A stretch of DNA of 59,529 bases, counting the filler. It is 6 parts of 6 records of this genome, joined end to end, with 100 filler letters (N's around TTAATTAATTAA, not from the genome) between each part and the next. Parts side by side here need not be neighbours in the genome. Positions count along the whole stretch, not along the records: positions 29,417 to 39,413 come from SRR31156797_53674; positions 39,514 to 46,518 come from SRR31156797_53687; 4 more parts are not named here. The stretch is one strand, 5' to 3'. A model generated the notes under the pieces. The model made no database searches. It was not told the origin of the DNA and worked only from the letters and a program-made list of their open reading frames with translations. This document shows, piece by piece, positions 32,466-42,853 of the stretch. Every line of letters starts with the position of its first letter. Position 1 is the stretch's first letter. The position numbers were made by a program, and so were the translations under genes.

Positions 32466-34037
32466 ATGCCAACAGAAAAGATTTTGCTTGTGGAAGACGA
32501 TGCTGTCGTCCGACTTGATATTCAGGTTGCCTTGGAGCGGGCTGGATATGATATCGTCGGCTACTCCACAAGTGGAGAAAGAGCCATTGAGATGGCAGAA
32601 TCCTTTAATCCTGATCTTGTGCTTATGGATATTCAGCTTGAAGGAGTCATGGATGGCGTTGAAGCCGCAGGGGAGATTCTTCGTCGTTTTGACATTCCGG
32701 TCATTTATTTAACTGTGATGGTCGATGCGGCCTCTTTAAATTGGGCTAAAAATACGGGTCCTTTGGGGTATCTGGTAAAACCAGTTGACCGCAATGAACT
32801 TAAATTAGCGATTGAAGTTGGTCTATACAAACACCAAATGGAACGAGAACTGAAAAAGGCAAGGCGAGAAGCTGAGGCTGCGAATAGGGCCAAGACTTCT
32901 TTTCTGGCTACAGTCAGTCATGAGTTGAGAACACCTATGAATGGTGTACTCGGTATGACCGAATTACTGCTTATGTCCGATATTGATGCTCAATATCGTG
33001 AGAATGTTCAGCTTATTCGAGAATCTTCCATGTCTTTATTGTCTGTATTAAATCAGATTATTGATTACTCCAAAATTGAGGCCAGTTCTCTTCCGGTTCG
33101 AGAGATGGATTTTCGTCTTGAGGACATGGTATCCGGTCTGTTGTCTCAGTATAAACGGACGTCAAAGATTAAAGGCGTTACACTTGAATATTCCATCTCC
33201 CCGGATGTTCCTGGCTGGATTAGAGGTGATACCACCAAAATTAGGCAAATATTGGGCAATCTCATCAACAACGCCGTGAAGTTTACTTCCTCCGGACAGG
33301 TTATGGTGGATGTGTCTCCGCCCAGTAATGGCGATGAAACGTTTGCGACTGATAGAGATGTCGATTTGGCAGTTCAAGTATTGGTTCAGGATACAGGAAT
33401 TGGTATTCCCGCAGAAAAACTGGATGATATTTTTGAGAGTTTCAATCAGGCCGAGGACCATTTGCGTCATGCGACAGGGGGATTGGGTTTAGGTCTCGCT
33501 ATTGTCAGCAGGCTTGTGAGTGTTCTTGGTGGTGTGATCAAATGTTCCAGTGTTGAAGGAAAGGGGAGTATCTTTTCCGTTATTTTGCCCTTTAAAAGGA
33601 GTCGCTATGAAGATCAGGCTCCATCGGCGACCGTTTTGAGTGATCAATCCCCACTCAAGGGGGCGAATGTCCTTGTGGCGGAAGATGATTTGGTCAATCA
33701 GCGATATATTGTCAGATTACTTCAGAAGATGGGGTGCAATGTCCTTTTGGCAGAAAATGGAGCGCAGGCAGTGGATGTACTCAAAGAGCAGGCGTTCGAC
33801 ATCGTTTTCATGGATGTTGAAATGCCTGTTATGAGTGGTATCGAAGCGACTCGACTTATAAGAAAGGTGGATACGGGCTGTTTGGATCCTGATGTTCCTA
33901 TCGTCGCATTGACAGCGCGTGCAATGTGGGGAGACGAGCAACGATGTATTCATGTGGGCATGAATGATTACGTTTCTAAGCCTGTGGATATTGACACCAT
34001 CGCCGCTATCATACAATCAACGCTGAACAATGAGTAA
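32466..34037 (+). CDS. Cytoplasmic hybrid kinase (REC-HisKA-HATPase-REC)
   Basis: ILLVEDD..PDLVLMDI, AKTSFLATVSHELRTPMNG, NLINNAVKFT, GGLGLGL, VLVAEDD..FMDVEMP. Confidence 0.93.
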   Translation: MPTEKILLVEDDAVVRLDIQVALERAGYDIVGYSTSGERAIEMAESFNPDLVLMDIQLEGVMDGVEAAGEILRRFDIPVIYLTVMVDAASLNWAKNTGPLGYLVKPVDRNELKLAIEVGLYKHQMERELKKARREAEAANRAKTSFLATVSHELRTPMNGVLGMTELLLMSDIDAQYRENVQLIRESSMSLLSVLNQIIDYSKIEASSLPVREMDFRLEDMVSGLLSQYKRTSKIKGVTLEYSISPDVPGWIRGDTTKIRQILGNLINNAVKFTSSGQVMVDVSPPSNGDETFATDRDVDLAVQVLVQDTGIGIPAEKLDDIFESFNQAEDHLRHATGGLGLGLAIVSRLVSVLGGVIKCSSVEGKGSIFSVILPFKRSRYEDQAPSATVLSDQSPLKGANVLVAEDDLVNQRYIVRLLQKMGCNVLLAENGAQAVDVLKEQAFDIVFMDVEMPVMSGIEATRLIRKVDTGCLDPDVPIVALTARAMWGDEQRCIHVGMNDYVSKPVDIDTIAAIIQSTLNNE

Positions 34038-34077
34038 AAATGTCGGCATTTCGGCACCCTGTGGAGCGTGATTTATT

Positions 34078-35184
34078 ATGAGTGACAAAAAGAAATCGGT
34101 CCCGTTACTGGACGGAGGGATCTACAAGGTCTTCTTTCTCCTGCTTTTTTCTTTATCCCTGTATCTGGGCTTTTCTTTGATCGCGCCCTTTTTACATACT
34201 TTGATTTTTTCTACGGTGCTTGCTGTGCTCTTTGCTCCGGTTTTTGTCTGGGCTTTGAAGGTCTGTAAAGGACGGCGCAATTTGGCGTCAGTCATGACCG
34301 TATCCATCATCGTTTTTGCTTTGATTTTGCCGATGGCCTTTTTGTTTATGGCCCTTATCGGTCAAGGGGTTGAATCGCTTGTTTCTTTGAACCAATGGGT
34401 GGCCCAGGGGCTGTATAAGTCTCATATGAGTCTTGATATGTTGGATAAATATGTCCATATGCTCAATGAACAATTGCCGTTCCTGCGGATTGATGAAGTT
34501 GATATCAAGGCAAGCGTAATTCAGTATTCCAGACAATTTGCGCAGGGGATGCTTACCTTCGGCACCGATTTAGTAAGAAACGGTGCAAAGTTTGTTTTAC
34601 ATTTTCTGCTTATGGTTTTTATTTTGTTTTACTTCCTACGTGACGGCGCCAAGATGGTTGAATATATCAAGCACTTGTCTCCGCTGAGAAGACGACAGGA
34701 AGATTTTATTATCGACTCTCTCAAGCGAGTAGCACGGGGAGTGCTCATGGGATGCCTTCTGGTAGCCATTCTGCAAGGCGTTGCCGGAGGGATTGGGCTA
34801 GCGGTAGTTGGTATTCCCGCATTTTTCTGGGGTGCCATGATGGCTCTGTCTTCGTTGATTCCAGTCCTTGGCACCGGATTGATCTGGGTACCATCCGTGG
34901 TATACCTTTTCTTAATTGGGAATTGGAAAATGGCTTTGTTTTTAGCATTATATTGTGGGATATTCGTTGTGGGTATCGACACGATCCTTCGACCGATTTT
35001 CATGCGTGAGGCTGCTCGCGTTTCTACATTTTACATACTTCTGGCCATTCTCGGCGGCGTTTATTCCTTTGGTATGCTGGGCATCTTTTATGGCCCGCTT
35101 ATCCTGAGTTTCGTCATGGTCATGCTGCAAATCTATATTGAGGAATATGCCGAAGACCTCAAGGACTCCGAGGAATGCGAATAA
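34078..35184 (+). CDS. AI-2E (PerM/YdiK) family transporter
   Basis: FYFLRDG, VAILQG, SLIPVLGTGLIWVP, DTILRP, GGVYSFGMLGIFYGP. Confidence 0.9.
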   Translation: MSDKKKSVPLLDGGIYKVFFLLLFSLSLYLGFSLIAPFLHTLIFSTVLAVLFAPVFVWALKVCKGRRNLASVMTVSIIVFALILPMAFLFMALIGQGVESLVSLNQWVAQGLYKSHMSLDMLDKYVHMLNEQLPFLRIDEVDIKASVIQYSRQFAQGMLTFGTDLVRNGAKFVLHFLLMVFILFYFLRDGAKMVEYIKHLSPLRRRQEDFIIDSLKRVARGVLMGCLLVAILQGVAGGIGLAVVGIPAFFWGAMMALSSLIPVLGTGLIWVPSVVYLFLIGNWKMALFLALYCGIFVVGIDTILRPIFMREAARVSTFYILLAILGGVYSFGMLGIFYGPLILSFVMVMLQIYIEEYAEDLKDSEECE

Positions 35185-36404
35185 TGCGTGTGCGATTGAT
35201 TTTACCTGTTATTATGGCGGCTTTACTCATTTCGTTTTTTGGATGTGGACCTGAAACTACTCGAATGCCTGCCATCGATGACAAACCGACATATGTTCCA
35301 CTTGATATGAATGAAGCCGAGGACCTGGCCGACGATTTGTCCAGTCAGTTACAGGGAATGCAATCATGGACGGAACTTCAGCCTGCGTTGGAACAGAATC
35401 TTCGCTACATACGTTCTCGTCCGCAGGAAGCGATTTGTGTTGATCAATCCGGCTTGCAATTGACATGGGCACAGCTTGGAGAATCTGTTACGGAACTTCT
35501 TGGTATGCTTGATCAGCTGGATAAAAATCCGCGTTTGGCAGCGGAGCGTTTCCAATGGTTGAAGCTTGCACCCCGAACATTGCTGACTGGGTATTACGAG
35601 CCATGGTTGGCTGCTTCTTTGACCCCAGATGAAACCTACAAGTTCCCGCTTTATGGTGTGCCTGATGATTTGAAAACGACCAGTTTAAATGGTTTTCATC
35701 CTCGGTGGAAAGGACAATCTCTTGTCTATCGAATGGGCGAGAACGGTATTGAACCATACCATGATCGTGCTGCAATCGATGGAGAGCGTGTGTTGGATGG
35801 AAAAGGGCAGGAAGTTGCTTGGACTTCAGATTTGGTAGACGCTTTTTTTCTTCAGATAGAAGGCTCCGGGCGGTTAGCTTTCCCTGACGGCAGCACCAAA
35901 CATATCCTGTACGCAGGGAAAAATGGGCGTCAATACGTTTCCATTGGCCGTTTGCTTATCGACAAGGGGTATGTCCCCAAAGAAGAGATGAGTATGCAGC
36001 GCATTCGTACTTTTCTTACTGAAAATCCAGACAAGATAGAAGAGATTCTCTATGCAAATCCGAGCTATGTCTTTTTTCGCTTGGCTGATGAAGGCCCGTA
36101 TGGTTCCTTTGGCGGTATACTGACGCCGCGCGTGAGTGTAGCTGTTGATAGAAATATGATCCCGTTGGGGAGCGTTGTGGCACTTAAAACGTCATTGCTT
36201 ACGGCTGATGGCGGTTCTGATCCGTTTATGTCGTTAGTATTGGCTCAAGATACTGGTGGAGCTATCAAGGGAACTCGAATGGATCTGTTTTGTGGTTCTG
36301 GTGATGAGGCCGAAGTTTTGGCTGGTCATCTTCAGGCGGATTCCGAGGTGTTTATGCTTGTGAGTCGGAAGGTTCTTGTTTCGGCTACTGGAAATGCAAA
36401 TTAA
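35184..36404 (+). CDS. mltA: Membrane-bound lytic murein transglycosylase A (lipoprotein)
   Basis: Lipobox FFGC; LLTGYYEP, FFLQIEGSG, YAGKNG..YVSIG, NPSYVFF, 3D motif AVD...AQDTGGAIKG.RMDLF. Confidence 0.93.
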   Translation: MRVRLILPVIMAALLISFFGCGPETTRMPAIDDKPTYVPLDMNEAEDLADDLSSQLQGMQSWTELQPALEQNLRYIRSRPQEAICVDQSGLQLTWAQLGESVTELLGMLDQLDKNPRLAAERFQWLKLAPRTLLTGYYEPWLAASLTPDETYKFPLYGVPDDLKTTSLNGFHPRWKGQSLVYRMGENGIEPYHDRAAIDGERVLDGKGQEVAWTSDLVDAFFLQIEGSGRLAFPDGSTKHILYAGKNGRQYVSIGRLLIDKGYVPKEEMSMQRIRTFLTENPDKIEEILYANPSYVFFRLADEGPYGSFGGILTPRVSVAVDRNMIPLGSVVALKTSLLTADGGSDPFMSLVLAQDTGGAIKGTRMDLFCGSGDEAEVLAGHLQADSEVFMLVSRKVLVSATGNAN

Positions 36405-36440
36405 GTCAGTAGGAAGATTTTACAATAAAAGGACAGATCA

Positions 36441-36842
36441 GTGCAATATGTAGCGTTATTTGAAAAAGACAAGCAGGGATATTCAGTTGTCTTTCCAGAT
36501 TTCCCCGCGTGTACAACGTGTGGTGAAACGCTGGACGAGGCTGTTGATCATGCACATGAAGCCTTGGCTATGTTTGTTGAATACCTTGTCGAAGAAGGGA
36601 AAGTGTTGCCTGAGCCCTCAAAAAAGAAAAAAATTCTGGCGCAAATCGAAAATAAGTCAAAAAAAGCTATCAATATTTCTGTCAAAGGCGATGGAACTGA
36701 CTTTGAAGAGTTCGAACTCGTTATGCATACGCATCTTTTGGAGCGAATTGAGAAGAGTTGTCGGAAAAACAACATCTCGCCCGCTGACTTTTTCGCTATG
36801 GCAGCCAGAAAAGCACTCGATTCTGATGAATTCGACGGGTAA
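36441..36842 (+). CDS. HicB-family antitoxin-like protein (no adjacent hicA)
   Basis: YSVVFPDFPACTTCGETLDEAVDHAHEAL; RHH-like C-terminus. Confidence 0.85.
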   Translation: MQYVALFEKDKQGYSVVFPDFPACTTCGETLDEAVDHAHEALAMFVEYLVEEGKVLPEPSKKKKILAQIENKSKKAINISVKGDGTDFEEFELVMHTHLLERIEKSCRKNNISPADFFAMAARKALDSDEFDG

Positions 36843-37293
36843 ATCTGAATAATTTAATTTTTCTTGTTATTATTTTATAATTCTACTCTGAAAAATGGGA
36901 TTATTTTTATCCTGTTTTTCATGAGACCTACAGTATTCTCCTTTCATTGTTTAAAAAAAGCTACACATTTTTGTTAAAATCTATGAATGTGTTGGGGTTG
37001 CGGCTTTATCTGTTTTCCCCTACCGTTTTCACAGAGGGAGAAAAGTGAGCGTGCTCCTTCCTTTGTGATAGTTGTTGTTAGCCCTCTTGCATAATTGTGA
37101 ATGTCTCCTCATTTCGACGATGTCAAGGTTGATAAAGCAATGGTCAGACGAAAGGAGTGCGCTTACTGCTTTTCGAATTCGGGAGTTTGGCGGCTCTCGG
37201 AGCCATTGGGTTCTTCTCAATTTTCACCAACAGTCGCTTTGACTCTCCCGTATGTGATCCAATCATCCTGTAACGATGGAGTGAGGCGAGAGC

Positions 37294-38430
37294 ATGTGCC
37301 GTTTATTTGCGCTGACTAGCCGTGATCCGGTGTCGCCCATGCGCGCCATTGATGCCCTTAATGTGATGAAGGAAGGGCATGATGGTTCTGGCGTGGGACT
37401 TTTTTTGAGCGGATTGGGAGGAGCCTTTGAGGAATTGAAAGAGTACCCTGTCCTTTCTGGCATTTTTACCGAACCAGGTTTGGCCCGTGTTTTTGAATAC
37501 ATGGCAGACAAGGGATTTCGGTCCAAATATTCAGTTATGTTCAAGCCTGATTCAGAACCACCTGTCGGGACTCCCAAGCGGGGGACCTACGCTTCCATTG
37601 CTTATAAGATACCTAAAGAGTGGGGTGATCGGACGCAGGAAGAGATTGATCGTGGTCTGGTACAGATGCGACTCGATCTGCGAGCCATGGGCGAGGAGTC
37701 TGGTGGTATCATGGTTTTTTCCTTTTGGCGGGACACTATCATGATCAAGGAAGTAGGCGATCCCATGGCCATCGGGGAATATCTTCGGCTTGGTCGTAAG
37801 GAATTGCACGCCAGGCATATTATGGCGCAGGGTCGTCAAAATACCAACTACGCCATCGACCTGTACGCTTGTCATCCTTTCTTTATTGAAGGAATCTCGA
37901 CCATGACCAATGGTGAGAATACGGCGTTTCTTCCCATTCGCGAATATCTCATGTCCCGAGGTGTCACCGGGTATCAGGGCTACCAGTCCGATTCCGAGGT
38001 GTTCACTCATATCGCCCATTTTACCACCAAAAAACTTGGTCTGGATATCAGTTCCTATAAACATGTCATCACGCCTATGAGTGATGAAGAGATGGCTGGG
38101 CATCAAGACCGTGAGTTTTTGTCCAATTTGAAACGATCATGCCGCAAGCTGATTATCGATGGCCCTAACTGTATTATAGGGTGTTTGCCTGACGGTTCCA
38201 TGTTTATGGCGCAGGATCGCAAAAAATTACGTCCCGGTGTTGTCGGTGGTAACCCGGAACTTGGTATCTACGGATTTTCTTCCGAGATATGCGGGTTGAA
38301 TGCCGCTATTCCCGAACGTGATCGGACCAAGGATTTTCAACCCATGCATCTCGATACCGCAATCGTTGGACCTGATTGCCGGGAGGTTTTCCAATGCTCT
38401 CAGAAAGACCCATTACGCCCTCAACGTTAA
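37294..38430 (+). CDS. Class II glutamine amidotransferase, subunit of a split glutamate synthase (GltB1-like)
   Basis: Ntn N-terminal MCRLF, GRQNTN, ACHPFF, TNGENT, SDSEVF, QDRKKLRP. Confidence 0.88.
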   Translation: MCRLFALTSRDPVSPMRAIDALNVMKEGHDGSGVGLFLSGLGGAFEELKEYPVLSGIFTEPGLARVFEYMADKGFRSKYSVMFKPDSEPPVGTPKRGTYASIAYKIPKEWGDRTQEEIDRGLVQMRLDLRAMGEESGGIMVFSFWRDTIMIKEVGDPMAIGEYLRLGRKELHARHIMAQGRQNTNYAIDLYACHPFFIEGISTMTNGENTAFLPIREYLMSRGVTGYQGYQSDSEVFTHIAHFTTKKLGLDISSYKHVITPMSDEEMAGHQDREFLSNLKRSCRKLIIDGPNCIIGCLPDGSMFMAQDRKKLRPGVVGGNPELGIYGFSSEICGLNAAIPERDRTKDFQPMHLDTAIVGPDCREVFQCSQKDPLRPQR

Positions 38431-39413
38431 GTCGCAAGGATCTGCCTTGGCAGATCAAGTGGGACATCAATACATGTACCAAGTGTGGTCGGTGTAAGGC
38501 GGTTTGTCCGGTTAATGCCATTGAACTTGGCGTGTTCCGTAAACGGGATATTAAGACTACTATGGGCCTTGCAGCCAAGCCTACTACCGAATTTTCAACT
38601 TTTTATGGCATCCGGCAGCGTACGGACCCAGCCTATGCGTGTATTGGCTGCTCCATGTGTAATATGGTCTGTCCGAATAATGCTATTGAGCCGAGTCGGC
38701 AGTATGATTCGACTACGCTTCAGTTTCACAATAATGGCGGCGGACAGTCCCGAACCCGTGGTGGACGTCGGAACAGTTCTGAATCTTTGCTGGATCAGAT
38801 CAAATTTATCCGTATTTCCATGTTGACCGATCCCGCTTTGGATGCTGGTCGTCATGAGTTTGAAATGCGGACCTTGCTCGGTCGTGTGTTGCCCCCTGAA
38901 GAAGAAATCAAGTGTTTTCAAAATAACGGTTGGAAACCACCAGTCCGTGAAATATACCCACTTGTTATTGGTGGTATGTCCTTTGGAGCGCTCTCTCCGA
39001 ATATGTGGGAAGGGCTCCAGATGGGCGTGGCATACCTCAATGAAGAAATGAATATGCCGGTGCGTATGAGTACGGGCGAGGGTGGCTGCCCCCCGCGCCT
39101 GTTGCGTTCCCGTTTCCTTAAATACGTGATTTTGCAGGTTGCTTCCGGGTACTTTGGTTGGGATGAAATCATTCATGCCATTCCTGAGATGAAGGAAGAC
39201 CCGTGTGCCATTGAAATCAAATATGGACAAGGAGCAAAACCCGGTGATGGTGGGCTGCTCATGTGGCATAAGGTAAACAGCCTTATTGCCGCGATTCGCG
39301 GTGTTCCCAAAGGTGTGAGTTTACCCAGTCCTCCGACGCATCAGACCAAGTATTCCATTGAGGAAGCCGTGGCCAAGATGATTCAGTCCATGTCCATGGC
39401 CTGGGGATTCCGG
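38394..39413 (+). CDS. Glutamate synthase FMN subunit with N-terminal 2x[4Fe-4S] ferredoxin (GltB2-like), 3' truncated
   Basis: CTKCGRCKAVCP and CIGCSMCNMVCP; GGMSFGALS, STGEGG, QVASGYFG, EIKYGQGAKPGDGG. Confidence 0.9.
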
Positions 39414-39513
39414 NNNNNNNNNNNNNNNNNNNNNNNNNNNNNNNNNNNNNNNNNNNNTTAATTAATTAANNNNNNNNNNNNNNNNNNNNNNNNNNNNNNN
39501 NNNNNNNNNNNNN
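39414..39513. other. Artificial contig linker
   Basis: N44-TTAATTAATTAA-N44. Confidence 0.98.
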
Positions 39514-39514
39514 G

Positions 39515-39901
39515 GAAGCCGCCAGGGAAGTTGAAAACGGGCTCATAGGATTTATTCGAACCCAGCAGCAGGAAAAGTTCCTTGCTGACGCTGCCCGGGC
39601 AGCGGATAGGGCGACCCAAATAGCATTGCTGCAATACAAGGAGGGGCTCACCGATTATACCCGGGTCCTGAACACCCAACAACTCCTGGTGGCCCAACAG
39701 GACACCCTGGCAACCAGCCGCGGGAATATCGTTCGCTATTTAATCGCCGTTTACAAGTCTCTGGGCGGCGGTTGGCAGTCCCGTGTGGGCAAGGACATAA
39801 TACCTGCGAAAACCCTGGAGACCATGCGCAAAAGAACGGATTGGGGGAATCTGCTGGATACCGATTCATTAAAGAGAAACCATGGAAGGAGGAAACAATG
39901 A
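39515..39901 (+). CDS. C-terminal end of a NodT/TolC-type outer-membrane efflux lipoprotein (5' truncated)
   Basis: Frame open from the contig edge: EAAREVENGL...QYKEGLTDYTRVLNTQ...YKSLGGGW. Confidence 0.85.
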   Translation, partial: EAAREVENGLIGFIRTQQQEKFLADAARAADRATQIALLQYKEGLTDYTRVLNTQQLLVAQQDTLATSRGNIVRYLIAVYKSLGGGWQSRVGKDIIPAKTLETMRKRTDWGNLLDTDSLKRNHGRRKQ

Positions 39902-40392
39902 TGAAAGGAATGATTCAAATGGGAATCCTGCTGATTGCGGCAGTTTTTATTGCAGGCACAGCCTTGGCGCAGGATTTATTTATTTACCCCACCAAGGGCC
40001 AGGACAAGGAACAGATGGAAAAGGATAAGTATGAGTGTTACCGGTGGGCCAAAGATCAGACCGGCTTTGACCCCATGCAGCAGCCCCAGACCACGGCCTC
40101 GCCACCTCGGCAGGAAGCGAGCCAGGGAGGGCTGTTGCGTGGCGCGGGAAGAGGCGCAGCGGTGGGGGCCGTTGGGGGTGCTATCGGTGGTGATGCCGGC
40201 AAGGGGGCTGCCATCGGCGCGGCTTCCGGGGCCTTGATCGGCGGCATGCGGAGACGCAGCCAGGCCAAGAACCAGCAACAGGCAGAGGAGCAATGGGCCC
40301 AGGAACAGGCGGCTATTTACCGGCAAAAACGGGAAACCTATAACCGAGCCTTCGGAGCATGTCTGGAAGGAAGAGGGTATACGGTGAAATGA
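39898..40392 (+). CDS. Exported glycine-zipper (YMGG-like) protein
   Basis: ATG after AGGAGG; signal peptide; YPTKGQ..EQ..KDKYEC, GAAVGAVGGAIGG, CLEGRGYTVK. Confidence 0.8.
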   Translation: MMKGMIQMGILLIAAVFIAGTALAQDLFIYPTKGQDKEQMEKDKYECYRWAKDQTGFDPMQQPQTTASPPRQEASQGGLLRGAGRGAAVGAVGGAIGGDAGKGAAIGAASGALIGGMRRRSQAKNQQQAEEQWAQEQAAIYRQKRETYNRAFGACLEGRGYTVK

Positions 40393-40537
40393 TGGATGAT
40401 ATGGGGTTATACGATGAGGCGAGCCGAACAATATTTCCGGGAGATGCATTGGGATACAGCATTGACTATCAAAACCCTTGCCCGGCCCACCATGGCTGAG
40501 GGATACGAAGGATCCCGGGAACAGACCTCGTGAGAGG

Positions 40538-41410
40538 TTAAGTTGTTGCACGGACAAAATTAAAGAGCGTCGATACTTTTCGATGCTTGTTATCCCCATG
40601 GAAATAGCTGTTTCGGACCTCATCAGTTGAACTTTTGAAAATGTGTTTAAAACCATGGTGCTTTAAAAAGCCGTCAATATCATCAGGTTCAATACCGAAT
40701 TTATACGGTTCCCCGTTCTTTTGTGCAAATTTGTTCATCTCCTTCCCGAGCCGGTCGTTTGTGGCGCCGGAAATGACTTCCGGCGGAAAATAGTCGAAAG
40801 CGACGCTACTCCCTTTTGCTGAGTGATCAACGATAAAACCGAGCGTTTTTTCCACCGATTCCTTCTCCAGAAAGTAGATCACACCCTCCCATATGAAAAG
40901 GGTTTTCTCAGAAGGTGAATACCCGGCCCTTGTTAGTGACGCATTTAAATCGTCAGTTTCAAAATCATGGGGAACATAAGTAATATTTTCGGGAATGCTT
41001 TTTAGATGGATTTGTATTTTGGTCAATTTTTCTTTTTGGGTACCGGGATAATCCACTTCAAAAATGTTTGCGTTTCGTAAGATATCATGAAAACCATAAG
41101 CGCTCATATCATACCCGGCGCCGAGGATAACAAGCTGTGTATGGTCGGCGGGGAAACACTCTTTTAGACATTCGTTCATAAATCGGACACGGGCGATGAG
41201 TGAACCAAAAAAACCTGGATATTTGAAATTCCCGATTATCTTCACGAGCCATGAATGAACGGGGCTGGTTATCATTTTTTTCCATTTTTTCCCCAGGAAT
41301 AACTTGGCGTAGGGATCATCGATAACACGTTCGCTTTTCGGCCGCATTGTTTCCAACGCCCTGTAGGCAGCGACGCCTTCCGCGGTTTCGCTGGATCTAT
41401 TCTCTTTCAT
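40538..41410 (-). CDS. SAM-dependent methyltransferase, LCM/TIGR00027 family
   Basis: TAEGVAAYRALE, DDPYAKLF, QLVILGAGYD, FEVD, FIWEGVIYFL. Confidence 0.9.
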   Translation of the reverse strand: MKENRSSETAEGVAAYRALETMRPKSERVIDDPYAKLFLGKKWKKMITSPVHSWLVKIIGNFKYPGFFGSLIARVRFMNECLKECFPADHTQLVILGAGYDMSAYGFHDILRNANIFEVDYPGTQKEKLTKIQIHLKSIPENITYVPHDFETDDLNASLTRAGYSPSEKTLFIWEGVIYFLEKESVEKTLGFIVDHSAKGSSVAFDYFPPEVISGATNDRLGKEMNKFAQKNGEPYKFGIEPDDIDGFLKHHGFKHIFKSSTDEVRNSYFHGDNKHRKVSTLFNFVRATT

Positions 41411-41550
41411 GATGTCATCTCTCCTTTACCGAAATTAAGGGGCGGGGCTGCTATTTTCCTGAAACCATTCATTCCGACGGTTTTGTTGTTTCGAAACACC
41501 CTATTACCTTTTTGGAACCGCCATGATAGAAAAAAACCGATGAAATTTCT

Positions 41551-41586
41551 GTTCCCAGCGGGATTATTTTCGTTCCAGGAAGGATT
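41551..41586 (-). promoter_or_regulatory. Candidate AraC-type tandem direct-repeat operator (21-bp period) abutting the methyltransferase promoter
   Basis: GTTCCCAGCGGGATT (41551-41565) and GTTCCAGGAAGGATT (41572-41586); minus-strand -10 TATCAT at 41523-41528. Confidence 0.5.
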
Positions 41587-41729
41587 TTAAGCCCTTAACG
41601 GACAATGTCAGCTCGTAAAACCCTTGTGTGGGGGCCAACGGAATGGTAGCCTTTCCGATCTGCTCCAAGAAATGCATTTCCGGCGGGTGAATTTACCGTT
41701 GCAGACACATTTTAGATAAGGCGTCCCTT

Positions 41730-42767
41730 ATGACCGGCAAGCGCTCAAGGATCTGTGTCAGTTCCCAAGACATCATCGATATCATCCGGGAATCGAAGGC
41801 CGACCCTCCTCCCAAGAGGGATTCCATGGGGCGGGGTCCTTCTCCATTGGGAGGGATCTTTTGGGGGGATGTGGAAATATTGGCGCCTAGGCCGGGTCTG
41901 AAAATTTACACTTCGGATTTTCGACTTGAGGATGAACTCGAAGTTTCAACTCCCAAGCTCGATCAGACCATGTTTTGTTTCATATTGACCATGGCGGGTT
42001 CCTGGCGTCTGCTGTTCAAGGACTGTCGTGGCCGAAGCGAGGATCTGTCCATTGCCGCGGGTGTAAACGCCGCGGGGATCAGCCCGCCGAAAGCATATAA
42101 GACGAGGCTTGAGGGGGGAAAGCGGCATAGATACGTGAGAGTCGATATTTCAACGGCACTCTTACCGCACTTGATGGCGGAAACCGAGACAAAGGCGAAC
42201 AACGGTATGAATGACGACCCACATTTCCATGATTCACCGGCATTGGATAATCGCGGCATCCTTACGCCCTCATTGGAATATCTGGCCCATGAGGTGATCC
42301 ATTGCCCCATGGAAGCAGGGGCGAGGCGACTTTTCCTGGAAGGCAAGGCGTTGGAGATTGTCGCTCATGAGTTGCACTATTTAAAAGCCGCCGACGATTT
42401 ACGGGGGGGGCGCCCCGAACCGGTGGAGATGGAGCGGTTTCGCCGGGCCAGGCGTATTCTCGATATGGAATTCGCCGATCCGCCGGGTTTATTTGAACTC
42501 GCCCACAGGGTGGGTATAAATGACTTTAAACTGAAACGGGGATTTAAGAAGTACTTCGGGACAACGGTATTCGGCCACGTCCGGAATCTTCGGATGGCGA
42601 AAGCCCGGACATTGCTGGGGTGCGGGGAATTGAGCGTTACCGATACAGCGGGGTTGGTCGGTTATCGCTCCCTGGGGCATTTTGCCGCCGCTTTTAAAAG
42701 ACGATTCGGCATACTGCCGGGAAGATATCGTAATGAGCGGTCAAAGCTGAAAGGTCATGGCGCATAG
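41730..42767 (+). CDS. AraC-family regulator (PchR/YbtA-like)
   Basis: RLFLEGKALE, PPGLFELAHRVGINDFKLKRGFKKYFGTTVFG, VGYRSLGHFAAAFKRRFG. Confidence 0.92.
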   Translation: MTGKRSRICVSSQDIIDIIRESKADPPPKRDSMGRGPSPLGGIFWGDVEILAPRPGLKIYTSDFRLEDELEVSTPKLDQTMFCFILTMAGSWRLLFKDCRGRSEDLSIAAGVNAAGISPPKAYKTRLEGGKRHRYVRVDISTALLPHLMAETETKANNGMNDDPHFHDSPALDNRGILTPSLEYLAHEVIHCPMEAGARRLFLEGKALEIVAHELHYLKAADDLRGGRPEPVEMERFRRARRILDMEFADPPGLFELAHRVGINDFKLKRGFKKYFGTTVFGHVRNLRMAKARTLLGCGELSVTDTAGLVGYRSLGHFAAAFKRRFGILPGRYRNERSKLKGHGA

Positions 42768-42853
42768 CCCCTGATACCTTTCATCTTCAAGCTTCTTCGT
42801 ATACCACCTCCACCACCTTGATGTATCCTGAAAGTTCCTTCACTATTCCTTGA

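Noticed and set aside
37180-37250. tRNA gene or glnA glutamine riboswitch
   Set aside because: It is cloverleaf-sized but has no TTC T-loop, no 7-nt anticodon loop and none of the glnA-motif conserved segments.
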